64,000 bases of DNA from Massalongia carnosa (Eukaryota). The DNA is taken from the NCBI GenBank assembly GCA_965645245.1, contig OZ287077.1:930001-994000 (forward strand), written 5' to 3'. Shown piece by piece: positions 40,219 through 52,761 of the stretch. The translations under genes were made by a program, and so were the position numbers. Positions within the stretch are counted from its first letter, which is position 1, and each line of letters opens with the position of its first letter. The notes beneath the pieces are model-generated. The model was not told the DNA's origin and made no database searches. It saw only the letters and a program-made list of their open reading frames with translations.

Positions 40219-40941
40219 CGACTGATACAATACCGAGTACTTCGTACGGAGTACTCGGTGCTCTGTACTCGATACTCGGGACTCTGCAGCCGTACAGAGT
40301 ACCGATACCCGATACGGAATGGTCTGTTCTCCATCGGTCACCGTCTCCGTCCTGCCACTTGCCATCTGTTCTCCTAATTACAGAGCAGTCTACGGAGTAC
40401 TATGTACGACCTCATCAAACGTGAACCACCAATCACCGATCACCGACCGCAACGGCCGTTTCTTTGTTGGCATGAAACCTGAAGTCAAAACCCCCTTGCC
40501 CGGAAGAAGAAATGGCGAACAAGACCAAAATAATGCATTTTCGAACTCTATCGTCTCTCTCTTTCTTTCTTTTTCTTGTTGCATTCGTCACCCTTTGCAC
40601 CCCTCGCCCTTCTCGGCGCAGTTCAGGCCTTCCGCTTCCTCACTTAATCGGGGCGCTAGCGTTGGGTATGTCAAGCCCCCAAAACCGACGTAGCTCCGTC
40701 TCCTCCCTCATATTCTCCAGAATGTAACCTTCCGCAGCTAAACGAAAACCCCCCCCCTACGCTGCACTCTGGACTCGTCAGCTTTTCATGGGCCGTGACT
40801 CGCTCTCGTCCAGATCGTAGAACATACAAAAATACACCAAGTACCAATTACGAAATATAGAGAGAGTGAACACCTTTTGGCACTTCGACTCCTCCCGTTT
40901 CCACTCCCTTCGTTGTAGCCGCAAACCTGTCCATTGTCGCG

Positions 40942-42531
40942 ATGAGGTCGACACGTCTTGGCATAGTCTTGGCTTTAGGTACGTGCTGGCCACAATTTCA
41001 ACCACCTTGTCTCGACGGGCTTCTTGTGCATGACCCCGAAGCGCTGCTGACCTCAACACCCAAAAGCAATTATCGCCCGTACGCAACTTGCCAATAACTG
41101 TCCCACATCTGCCCAAGGTGCTTGCTACAGCGTCAACGTCCCTGATGCCTCTGCCAGCAGCGGAAATGGGGACATCTACTTCCAAATCCAGGGCCCCTCG
41201 TCGTTGCAATGGATCGGTCTGGGCCAAGGCGGGCAGAACCAGATGAGAAACTCGAACATCTTCATCGTGTACGCCGACGCTACCGGCTCCAACATCACCC
41301 TCTCGCCGCGCCTGGGCGTGCAAGAGGTCGAGCCGCAATTCAACAGCAAAGCGCAAGTCTCGCTGCTCGAAGGGTCGGGGATAGCCAACGGGAAAATCAC
41401 CGCCAACGTGCGCTGTACGTAGGCCCTTCCCCACCAGAGTGGGTCGCAATGCGTTAACATGGATCTTTGCGCGTAGGTTCCAGCTGCACCAGTTGGGGTA
41501 GCGGCACCATGGATTTGACTTCTAGCAATACGCCATGGATTTGGGCCGTCAAAAGCGGCAACGCCATCAAAGACAATTCCCAATCCGCCGACCTGCATCA
41601 GCACGACATCATGGGCAACATCAACTTTGACCTGACGGTCGCCAAAGGCGGAAACTCCCTCAACCCCTTCGTCGCGCAAACCGATCCAAGCGCCACCGCG
41701 GGCGCTGCCGGCACCGCGCCCACGTCCACACTGGGGGGGGGCAGCTTCCAGGGTGCTTCCTCGAGCGGAGGCGGTGCCGATCTCAAACTCATCAACGCGG
41801 CGACGATTGCGCATGGAACCATCATGGGTCTTGCGTTTGTGCTCTTCTTCCCCGTGGGCGCGATTCTCATCCGGGTCTTCTCCTTCCCCGGCCTCTTGTG
41901 GGTACACGCCGCGACGCAGCTGTTCGCATACATGATGGCGATCGCGGGCCTGGGGCTGGGCGTCTACATTGCTCTGCATCCGGATCGTCAGGTTCGAGCT
42001 ACCTCCTCCTCCATTCCTCCCTTTTCTCTTTTCTTGGTTGCTGCACAAATCCCCATTTCCCCTCCGCAAAAGAAGCCTCAAGCTAACACCATCACCTTCA
42101 CTCTACCTCGGCAGATCAACGTCTACCATCCCATCCTCGGCCTCCTCGTCGTTTCCCTTCTCGCCTTCCAGCCCGCTCTCGGCCTTACCCATCACTTCTT
42201 CTTCAAGCGCACGTCTCGCCGCACCTTCTGGACCACGGCGCACGTCTGGCTCGGCCGCGCGCTCGTCACGCTCGGCATCATCAACGGCGGCTTGGGCCTA
42301 CGGCTGAGCGGCAACACGAAAACGGGCGAGGTGGCGTACGGCGTCGTGGCGGCCCTGGTGTGGCTGGTTTGGATGGCCGTTGCGGTTACGAGAGATGTCA
42401 AAGGTAGCGGGCGCGAACGGGTCGGGGCTGGCGAGCAGAAGAGGTTGAGGAGCCCGGGGGAAAGCGAGGAGGGGATTCGAAGGGAGAGGGGGGGGGAGGG
42501 GGTTCCTTTGGAAGCGTGGGAGGGACGGTGA
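40942..42531 (+). CDS. Integral membrane protein with a CDH-like cytochrome (DOMON-type) domain and a cytochrome b561 domain (multi-exon)
   Basis: Signal peptide; DIYFQIQGP..WIGLGQG..M..NITLSPRLG; WIWA..LHQHD; AHGTIMGLAFVLFFPVGA; WVHA; HPILG; THH; HVWLGR..GIINGGLG. Confidence 0.88.
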
Positions 42532-42657
42532 GGTTTTTGCGGCAAGGAAAGGAGGGGTGCGGGGCGTTCGTGGGAGTATGGATTGGGTAGGATAGAGAGC
42601 CGCGGGGTTTCGGAAGGTTTGATTTCCAAGCAACACACCGAACTTGACGTGGGATTC

Positions 42658-42753
42658 TTGTTCACCCGTTTTCCAACCTGGTAGGTCACACCTAACGGTG
42701 GATGGTTGTTCACCCGTTTTCCAACCTGGTAGGTCACACCTAACGGTGGATGG
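42658..42753 (+). repeat. Perfect 48-bp tandem duplication between convergent genes
   Basis: TTGTTCACCCGTTTTCCAACCTGGTAGGTCACACCTAACGGTGGATGG occurs twice in tandem. Confidence 0.95.
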
Positions 42754-42881
42754 ATTCTCCGACGGAAACGAGATAGACAGGACCGCTTTAGAAGGACCGC
42801 TTTAGAATTGATTTTACACTTGTGGGGTTTTCCCTTTTCTTCTCCAATCCACCACCAGCTCGACGACAATCACCCCAAAAT

Positions 42882-44246
42882 TCACAACTCCACCATCATG
42901 GGCGCATACTCCCCCCTCTCGTCCTCGCCCTCCAGCTCCGCAACCTCCATCTCCACCTCCTCCCCGTCTTCCAGCTGCAGGGTCCCTCTGCGCACGAAGG
43001 AGTCGCCGGTGTCATCGTCGCCGAGACGTAGATGCGTGGTCAGGAGGCGGAGGGCGGTTTTGACGGGTGTGATTTTTGCTGCTGCTGATGACGGTGGTGG
43101 TGGTGGTGGTAGAGTCTTTTCGGATTTGGGTTCGACTTCTGCGCCATCGACATCGACATCCACATCCACATCCACATCCGCCAGAATCCGCCGAAACCCA
43201 TTCACCAGCGCCTGCAGCTCGCCTTCCAGCTCAAACAACCCCCCTCCCCCTTCCCCACCACCGCCGCCATCATCAGCGTCCTCGGAGCACGCGTCCGCGG
43301 CCCGCAATTGCGCGAGTAGCAAGCGCAGGCAGCTTGCGAAGTAGGCCGGATGCGCGGGCACGGCGCGCGAGCTGGTGAGCGTGAGGCGGAGGATGCGCTG
43401 CCATTCTTGCTGCGAGGAGTGGTTCGCCAGGAGCAGGGCATGCAGGAACGAGAGCTGGAGAGCACCGAGGAGGAGGGGGAAGGTTGCTGCTACTTCCTTC
43501 TGTGTATCCGCCGTGGTGTTGGTGTTGACTTCGGCTTCGACGTCGGCTTCGCGACGCTCGGTTTCCAGGCGCCTGGCTAGGTCTTGCAACGCCCAGCTGC
43601 GGTCCGTGGCCCCTTCGGTTCGTTCGCGCCCAATGGCGCCAGGTCGCCAGGTGCGTTTCAGATCAATGCCCAGCGTTTGCAAGGGCCGGTCAGGCCCGTT
43701 GGCGTGCGGCATGTCCAGGCCCGGGATATGATCCGTGTCTTCGGGGGCGCTACTGGAGGTGGAGATAGCCCAGCCGTCATGCTGCGGGCCGAGCAGGCGT
43801 GAGAGCAAAAAGGGCGTGATGTAGTGCGTTAATAGCGGCCAGTCGGCGTCCGGCGAGTTGGGTTGCTTGTAGGGCATCAGATTCTTTTCCCACAAGGCGG
43901 GCAGGCGGGCGCGGTGGCTGGGTTCGGCGGTGGCGGAGCAGGGGATGAGAGAGGCGGAGTTGAGATCCCAAAGGAAGATTTGGAGGGGTTGGGAGGAGGG
44001 GAGGGAGGAGGAGGAGGAGGAACCGGAGGTTGTGGTGGGATTGGGGATAAAGAACCAGAGGCCGGAGCGGAGGGAGTGGGACGGGGTTTCGGCTGCGAAG
44101 AGGAAGTGTGGGCCTGGGGGGAGGTTTTTGATGCCATGAAAGGTGGAGGTTGTCGTTAGAGTTTGAAGGTCGATGCCGAGGAGGATGGAGGGGGGGAGGG
44201 AGTAGAGGAGGACGGTGGGCGTAGGGGGGAAGGGTGAGGAAAGCAT
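42882..44246 (-). CDS. AAR2: U5 snRNP assembly factor Aar2
   Basis: GIDLQTL..FHGIKNLPPGPHF, IDLKRTWRPGAIGRERTEGATDRSWAL, LQLSFL..N.S...W, C-terminal EDERGEYAPMMVEL. Confidence 0.9.
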   Translation of the reverse strand: MLSSPFPPTPTVLLYSLPPSILLGIDLQTLTTTSTFHGIKNLPPGPHFLFAAETPSHSLRSGLWFFIPNPTTTSGSSSSSSLPSSQPLQIFLWDLNSASLIPCSATAEPSHRARLPALWEKNLMPYKQPNSPDADWPLLTHYITPFLLSRLLGPQHDGWAISTSSSAPEDTDHIPGLDMPHANGPDRPLQTLGIDLKRTWRPGAIGRERTEGATDRSWALQDLARRLETERREADVEAEVNTNTTADTQKEVAATFPLLLGALQLSFLHALLLANHSSQQEWQRILRLTLTSSRAVPAHPAYFASCLRLLLAQLRAADACSEDADDGGGGGEGGGGLFELEGELQALVNGFRRILADVDVDVDVDVDGAEVEPKSEKTLPPPPPPSSAAAKITPVKTALRLLTTHLRLGDDDTGDSFVRRGTLQLEDGEEVEMEVAELEGEDERGEYAPMMVEL

Positions 44247-44571
44247 TTAGGAGGGGGTTGGGTAGTCAGGGTGGAGGGGCGATGGCGGGGGGATCAATCA
44301 ATTTTATGATTACCGCGAGTAATAGCAACTTTAGGGTTTGGGTCTTGTCAAGATAAATCTAATGGTGTCTGAATAATAAATAATACATGATTCTGGCACT
44401 AGAATTTTCCGTTGTAAGAGCACGGTTTTTGGAGTCACCTTGCATTCTAGCTAATGTACGTATCTATTACTAGAACAGGCCTATCATGAAGATCAGGCGA
44501 ATGCCATTCTCCTTGTTTCTGCTATTCCCCTTAAAACCAAATCGCACACCAACAGTCCGCAATCCAACCAC

Positions 44572-45252
<681 letters not shown>

Positions 45253-45604
45253 TTTAGGTCAATAATGATTTAGTTGACGGGCGGAATGCGTGAAGAAAAT
45301 GTTTTGATCGTAGATTTGGAAATCTTAGCGCAAGCGTGCAGTGTGCCCTAACTTAAGGCTAGTGATCCTAAATCAGTTTAGCGGAATCTATGGAACTCAT
45401 TCTTAGGCGAAATTAAAACGTGAAAAGAATCTTTCTATTTCTGTCTCTCACCTTTCCAAACTGATACTTATCAAGCCAACGTTGCACTGCATATACGGAA
45501 TGGGATCCCTCAGCTTACTCAATTGCTTTCACCTGATATTGAAATGCAAGCCTTCGTGCTTAATCCAATTTTCCTGCCCTTTTTAACTACCAAGCACGCG
45601 AGCC

Positions 45605-47620
45605 ATGATCAACTGGATTAATTCTATGGGTTCATATGAGTTCACCGCCAATATGGAGAACACTACAGTCGGGATTATAGGCATGGGCGATATGGGCAAA
45701 ATGTACGCGAGAAGGATCAGTGATGCTGGATGGAGGTAAAGCAGCCCTGACGAACACAAGCTGTATGATGCTTGTGCCTGTCGTGTGAGTCTAAACCTCC
45801 TTCCTATGGCGCCGCTTGATTGCAATGATGACTTGAGTGCATTTGGCTCGAGTACGGCCCAAGTATCATCGTGGAAACCATTTTGGCTCCTTGCTGCTGC
45901 TTGGGTTGTCGATGATGTAAATTCTCAGCTACCTTAATTTATATGTCTGAACCTTCAATCTTCAGTTTTCGATCTACAACCTTTGAAGCTGTTAGCATCT
46001 AGCTAACATGCCAACTCTACAGGTAAAACTCGCAAAGCCTTCTGCAGAATTGATGTCTTACTGGAGCATCTCAGTGGCTGATTCTCCGACCTGCACAGGG
46101 TACATGCCTGCGATAGGGCGGAAAACTTCAATGCATTGAAGGAGGAGTTTTCTGGCCGGGTATATATTTCACTACATCATTTGAGCGTCCACATGTAACT
46201 AAGTAGCAAGGTAGAGCAATGTACACATATATCCAAATGGTCACCTTGTCTCCAGATCTAGCGACTGGATCCTGTACAGCGTGGAAGCCGAAGCTGTTGA
46301 GAAGATCGTTGCAATGTATGGTCCATGTATGGCAGACGATTTGCGCAACCATGAGACCCTAAACCAGCTACTAATCCCCGTTCTAGCCACGAAGCAAGGC
46401 GCCATCGTGGGCGGGCAAACCTCGTGCAAAGCACCGGAAATGGCCGCTTTCGAGAAATACCTCCCTACCGACGTCCAGATCGTTTCCTGCCATTCACTGC
46501 ACGGCCCCAAAATTGACCCCCGAGGCCAACCGCTGGTCATTATCAAACACCGCGCATCGCAGAAGAGCTTCGAACTCGTTGAACGCATCCTCTCCTGCTT
46601 TGGATCGTCGCAGGTCAACCTCACCGCGCTGAAACACGACCGTATCACCGCCGACACGCAGGCCGTGACCCATGCGGCGTTCTTGAGCATGGGCACGGCG
46701 TGGTGTGCCAACAACCAGTTCCCCTGGGAACACGAGCGGTACGTGGGCGGCATCGAGAACGTCAAGACCAATCTGATGCTGCGGATCTACTCGAACAAAT
46801 GGCACGTCTACGCCGGCCTCGCCATCCTCAACCCGGCTGCCAAGACGCAGATAAAGCAGTACGCCGAATCGGTCACGGAACTGTTCAAACTGATGCTCGG
46901 TGGGCATCAGGAGGAACTCGACACGCGAGTCCGCACGGCGGGAGAAGCCGTATTTGGCGGCCAGCGAGACGCACAGTTACTGCTGCGCGACGAAGTTCTG
47001 GATCGCTTTTCGCTGGGTAACGTCCCGAAGCAGCGGAAGCCGAACAACCATCTCAGTCTCCTGGCCATGGTGGATTGTTGGTGGAAACTCGGCATTATCC
47101 CTTACGACCACATGATCTGCTCCACTCCGGTCAGTCCTTGTTTTTGCCCCTCCCTTGCTCTGCTGAGCAACGAGTCAGAGATGAAAACCCGTTCTTACTT
47201 CATGCCTGTAGCTCTTCCGTCTTTGGCTCGGCGTAACCGAGTACCTATTCCGCAAACCCCAGCTCCTGAACGAAATCATCAACACCGCCATAAACGACAA
47301 CACCTTCCGCTCCGACGACTTGGAATTCACCTTTGCCGCTCGTGTGAGTCTTTCCCTTTTCCAATCCCTTTTCACTTTCCCCTCCTCCTCCAAACCCCCC
47401 CCCCCTCCTTTTCCAAAAATCCTTCCCTAGAAGGAAAAAACCCCCTCTAAAAACGAAAAAAATTTCCCCCCCTTAGGGCTGGTCCGACTGCGTCTCCTTT
47501 GGAGATTTCCCCTCGTACCGCGACCGCTTCGAGCGCTGCCAGCGCTACTTCGCCCCGCGCTTTCCCGAGGCTACGCGCGTGGGCAACGAGATGATCCGGA
47601 CGATTTTAGAGAAGATGTAA
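45605..47620 (+). CDS. TYR1: Prephenate dehydrogenase; introns 45736-46098, 46160-46214, 46328-46386, 47130-47211, ~47344-47477
   Basis: GIIGMGDMGKMYA Rossmann motif, GWRVHACD, GGQTSCKAPE, CHSLHGP, HDRITADTQAVTHAAFLSMG, DHMICSTPLFRLWLG. Confidence 0.96.
45821..45955 (+). ncRNA. snR13: Intronic box C/D snoRNA, snR13-like (guide for LSU rRNA Am2280/Am2281 in yeast numbering)
   Basis: Box C ATGATGA at 45825-31. Guide GCATTTGGCT at 45839-48 is complementary to LSU rRNA AGCCAAATGC. GCTACCTTAA at 45928-37 is complementary to the adjacent TTAAGGTAGC. Box D CTGA at 45947-50. The TGAGTGCATTTGGCTCGAGT block matches my recollection of yeast snR13. Confidence 0.88.
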
Positions 47621-48706
47621 GGGAGAGAGATTGGTTTAGTGGGTGGGAGGGTCTTATTTCTTCTTCTTTCCGTTTTCTTCCGAAACGGAGAAAAATTCCG
47701 ATCGATACATACATGGGGGGAATGAATACGTTGCTACTACTGCTACTCCCGGGGTAAGGCGAAGAAGAAGAAGAAGAAGGAGAAGAAGCCAAGCCTCGAT
47801 CGCGGAAAAGCCGCAAATGATGGGGATCCATCTTTCTAACTAACTAGCTAGGAAATGAAAAACTTTGTGGTTTTCTTCGTCTGCTTCTTCAGCGTAAGGG
47901 ATTTGGGTTAGCAATGAATACATATACACATACCTGCTATGGACGTGGCGATTTCTTCTGACGTGGGGGGGGGAGGCGGAAAGGGAGGGGATGAATGGAA
48001 TTTGGAAAGGTTTCACAAAACCGTGATAGAGACTTGGATCTTTTGGAGGGAGAGTTTGGAATTCTTAATAGAAGCCAAGGTCCAAAAACTCAAAAGGCCT
48101 AGCTCAAAGCCCGAGAGCCTACGCAGGAGACTTAACCATGACTATATACAAACAAGATACGTTCCTCCAACTTCCCCCTGGCAATATACCTAGTTTCAAA
48201 AATCTCCTCGCAGTGGCAACATCACAACAAGATTCAAAGGGAAGAGAAATCTGCCCATAAAAAACTCCTCACCTTGGCTCCCTAAAATAGGGAACTTACA
48301 AGAGCCATCCACCTAGCCAACCCACCCACCCAAAATGCCGCTGAATGACCGAAAAGTAGATGGTCAAGTACAAATAAAAATTGCTAGATATGTGGGAAGA
48401 AAAGGGAAAAAAATACGCCGGGGGCCCTATATCACTACTTAGGGCATGCGGTGCTCGTAAGGATTAGAAAGGTGCTAGGTCCGTGTAGCCATATTCCGCA
48501 TACGGAGGCATGTAGTAGAGCGGTAACAATGTTTGGTCCGTCCATTTCCATGTTCGAGGTCCGATACGTGATGACGCTGTACAAGATGCTAGGATGAAGA
48601 CGAAGAAATCGTTTGGTGAGGATTCAGGGAGTTGAAGGCCTTATGCGGGGAAGAAGGTAGGAATAAGATAGTGGACTAGAACAGACAAGATGACACCTCC
48701 AAGTAG

Positions 48707-50526
48707 TCATAAAAGGTTGCAGGAGTTATTTGAGGCCCTAAATAAGTGATTGTAAAACAGAGAATTAGTCTTCATTCGTCTAGCATAGCAACATCATTGG
48801 CTTTGCATCAGTTCAGTGTCTTCGTCTGGGGTGGACGGTGCTTCCTCGGACCCGGAAGACTCTGTTTCATCCCTTTGTGCCCAGAAGCATGTGTCAGAAT
48901 TGTCAACGCCAGGTCGAGCACGGGCGACAAGAGCATGGGCAAGAGGGCACAAAATAAAAAGGGAGCAACCTACCACCGCTGAGCCTCAATTCTCCGCACC
49001 CATCGCGCCGTGATCTTTAACCGTTCCCTGACGCTGGTGGTCGGAATCAACTTGTATTTCTCGTCGTCGGCAATGGGTAAAATGCTCGCGAGCCAAAATG
49101 GAAACAGGGCAGGGTCATCCGGGGGTGATCCATACGAAGCAATCACCGGCTCATGTAACCAGGGGGCTGCAGCAGCACGCATCCGAGCGATGAAATCCAG
49201 GCCAATCTTCAGCAACTCAAACGTCGACATCTGATCAAACTGAGCCAGAAGATCGTTCCTTACCGGTGGCGGGCCTCGAGTTTCGCTTGCTTCAATCTGC
49301 TCTTCTTCCGCCAGAGAGATGTCGTCCATCCGCTCAATATTCCCGACGATATAACCGTCAAGCATGCCCCAATCTTTAACTCGAAATCGAGATAACCCGC
49401 GGGTCTCGATCAAACTTCGACCATCAGGCATCATCTCCATGCTGATGATATGTAACAAAGTTCCGTATTGCATGAATTGAGTGGCACCCAGTTCCCCTTG
49501 TACCTCGCCCCTGCGATTGTACATCATCATTCCAAACTTACGATCACCGCTCTCGATAGCTCTCCTGATCATAAGCCTGTACCGGGGTTCGAAAATATGA
49601 AGGAATGTAGGCATAGACGGGTACGCCAGCGTGCACACAAACAGAGGCACATTCTTTTCCCCCTCCATGGATATCTCCTCTTGCGCAGCGGCTTCAGCCC
49701 TTGCGGCCACCAGATCTGGACAAATACCGCTTAGAAGCTTCGCCACGCGTTGATTGCTCGGCTCATGGAGAACTCCCGGGGGCATGGGAAGAAGCCTCCG
49801 ACATATCGGACATGAACTCGAATGATCCAGCACACGAGCCACACATTTCCGGCAGAAAGTATGACCGCAAGCGGTGGTTAAGGGGTCCAACAATAAGCCA
49901 TAGCAGACTTGGCACTCCATCTCGCTTTTCATGATTTCCTTTAAACAGTCCAACATGGTTGAATCCAAGTGTTCGTAGCTATCCCCGATGGGCGACATGG
50001 TCTGATAAGCAACCTCCGAGTCATACCTGAGTTCGCCAAGATCGGCCATTGTGTACGTCGCAGCCAACCTGCCGCCTTGAAATACTCGTGATCGAGGAAC
50101 ATCTTGCTCTTTCGAACTGTCCACAACATTCCTCCACCGTGGTCTCTCATCTAGTAATGTCGGGGTGTTGGTTGTACTCGGCCTCCAACGTGCGACCTCG
50201 ATGCTGATGCGTTCCATGACCTTGGCCAACATGACGTCTTGGCTGCAATCGCCCAAGGAATGTTCTACCCCGCATTCGGCAAATGGGCAATCAAATCCTT
50301 CTTGACGGTTTGCCGTCATTGGGTACGATATATTTCTTCGTTTGTGCAGCTCCGGCAAACATTTGCGACATATCGAATTCCCGCATGGAAGGGTCATGGG
50401 TATGCGGAGAGGAAGAGAACATTGTGAACATTGAATCAAGCGAATGATCGCTCGAGCGCCAAGGTGGGGGTTCACCATCTGAGTGGACGGCGGCGGCTGT
50501 TTTCCGGGAGCGAAAGCGTTACCCAT
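48707..50526 (-). CDS. crgA: RING-finger plus LON N-terminal (substrate-binding) domain protein, CrgA/LONRF-like; predicted terminal intron 48738-48973
   Basis: Two RING-type motifs (CSQC..TLPCGNSICRKC; CQVC..DPLTTACGHTFCRKC..CPICR) and LON domain PLFVCTLAYPSMPTFLHIFEPRYRLMIRR. Start codon uncertain. Confidence 0.88.
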
Positions 50527-51959
50527 CAAAGCGGCTTCCAGAGGTGTTGATCAAAGACGAGGGTGGATTGGAGGTATTGGCGCCTGCGGTCAGGTCTGTT
50601 CGCCGTCACCATCAATCATCTGCTTCGTTCAAGCCCCTCCATCTGCCACCACGAGTTAAGTTGCCAGTGTTGACGAGGACGAGTTGGGCGGTGGAGAGCG
50701 TTAGGTTTAACGAAAGGATTTATGGGGCTGAATGCAGTATGCCGAGTTTTGAGGTACGTCGACCGTTACTAAGCGTGAGATGTGGGATTACCACCGGATT
50801 ACACTTGGAAGGTGGAATGTGGGAGATATAGATGGTGATGGTGAGGGATTGAAGTACAAGAATGAAGAGGGGGAACGGTGTAACAAGCTTGGCTTTCAGC
50901 GCTCACTGTAACCTTGTCGAGTCTAAATGATTATATGTCAAGGTTTTTCCACATTGGATGATTCGAGAAGAAAGCATGGTTGGTTCGTAGCTGGAGAGTT
51001 TAAATGGATAACGAGGGAGGATGTTTGGGTGGGGGGAAGGGAGGGGATTGGGGGGATTGGGGGGATTGGGATGTCACTGCAGGCTGCTGCATTCAATACG
51101 TTGAAATTTGGGGCCGCCGGAATGGACGGTGGAGAGTTTGTCCGGTCCAATCCAAATCCACCAAAACAAGACTCTTCTTATACTGCGTCTTTTAGACCCA
51201 AGCTTAGAGCTTGCTCACTCCGAACAGAGCACTCAATCCAAGGTCGATCATGTACCAATCCAAAGCGTTGAGCTGATGGGGGAATTTACTTAATCTTAGA
51301 CGGTGTGTGGTTACCAACGATACCAAAGTCCAGAGGACTTTGACCGCAGGTAACTACTCTATATGCTCTATATGCTCTATATGCTCTATATGCTCTATAT
51401 GTTCTATATTCTTGGTATTTTGTACCGAGTACCGAGTACCTCGGAAGATATTGCACGGTATTACCATTGGATAATCATTGCTCAATCACCCCTGGATCAA
51501 AAGGTGGACCTGGGGCAGGGGGCGGTATCCGAGTCATCACGGCCTTCGCCTTAATCATCAAACCCAGCCATAGTCGAGCGAAAAGGATTAACATAAAATG
51601 ATGATAACACCCCTGTGGACTCGATCGAGACATGGAATGATGTACGTCATTATTGCATTAAGCCACACTTAGTCTCTTTATGGTTGGATTCCGTTAGCGC
51701 CTTTAGAGCTCTTCCTAACAAACAAACAACTCTCCTCGCAGAGTTTTCCAGCAAAAAATGTAAGCGCTGACATCTCGTAAGTTAGTGAGAGTGTGTGACG
51801 AAGGTATCCTGACAATTAACGTGCCTCGACAATCGAGTAATGCAGCTGTGATCAAAATTATCCTTACGAGGCTTGCAGCGCCAAATCCACGACTTGTGGA
51901 TGATACCCCTGTCAGATCCTGCTCAACGTTTCAAAGGTTACAACGTCCTTTGCCCGTGT

Positions 51960-52045
51960 GAGGCAAGTCGGCTGTGGATTCAATCGATACTGCCGTCGGA
52001 ATACCAAAGGGACTTCCCGCTTCCCCTGTAGCATTCGCCATGGGC
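51960..52045 (+). pseudogene. Possible highly degenerate LINE reverse-transcriptase relic
   Basis: TAVGIPKGLPASPVAF resembles the RT motif GIPQGSPLSPILF; no other clear motif. Confidence 0.25.
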
Positions 52046-52761
52046 CCCACCCACCACCCCCGCCAGCATGGATTGATACATGTCATGATGAACGTGCTGG
52101 CCGAACGGGAAGGGAGTGCATTCTTCCTCGCGATCGCCGTTCAAAGGTTCCATCGTTCAGGCGCTCAACGAGGCAATCACGAGGGATTCATTTGATTCGT
52201 CAAACTCACTTCACGCCGGGCGGGAGGACGAGTATGTATCTACGCTGCTGAATCCCCTACCGATTATACCACACCACACAACTGGGTACAGAGTACGTAT
52301 GGTCAAATCCAGGAAACCAAGAAAATGCCCTAACGTCCGTCTGGCTTGGAAACCTTGACCCCTTCAAATGTCACCTGAATACAGAGTACTTACGAGTATT
52401 CTAGACCAACATTCCTTGTTAAAAGTACATACTGGTTACGTGTGACGGGGGAGGACACCCCATACTTCGAATATGCCGTCAGCGGTGAGGGCAACGGCAC
52501 CTGCGTCGTTCACTCGGCGTACTATCGACCTCGTCATCATGTGCCTTTCGTTCCTCTCGTTCCCCATGCCATCAAACCTTCTTAAACCCTAGGAACCCTC
52601 CAACCCGAGAACTCCTCGCCTATCTGGTATCCCAGTCATACAGCCCGATAGTTCCGAAAAAGGACCGATTTACCCGCGGACACACCGATCATCCCGAAAC
52701 ACCGACGCTATGCTACATGCACGTGAGACTGACGCGGAGAGAGGGAAAGATCAGGCGCTTG

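Noticed and set aside
40023..40424. ORFs with repeated AAMQPCSH or LHGCMAAW peptides
   Set aside because: They are translations of the 8-bp tandem repeat.
40778..44159. Long antisense and alternative-frame ORFs over the b561 and AAR2 genes (likewise over eIF3l and TYR1)
   Set aside because: Shadow ORFs caused by GC-rich codon usage.
45345..45351. GCCCTAA motif in the RPS14/TYR1 promoter
   Set aside because: It resembles a motif I recall from ribosomal-protein promoters in filamentous fungi, but a single 7-mer is not enough support.
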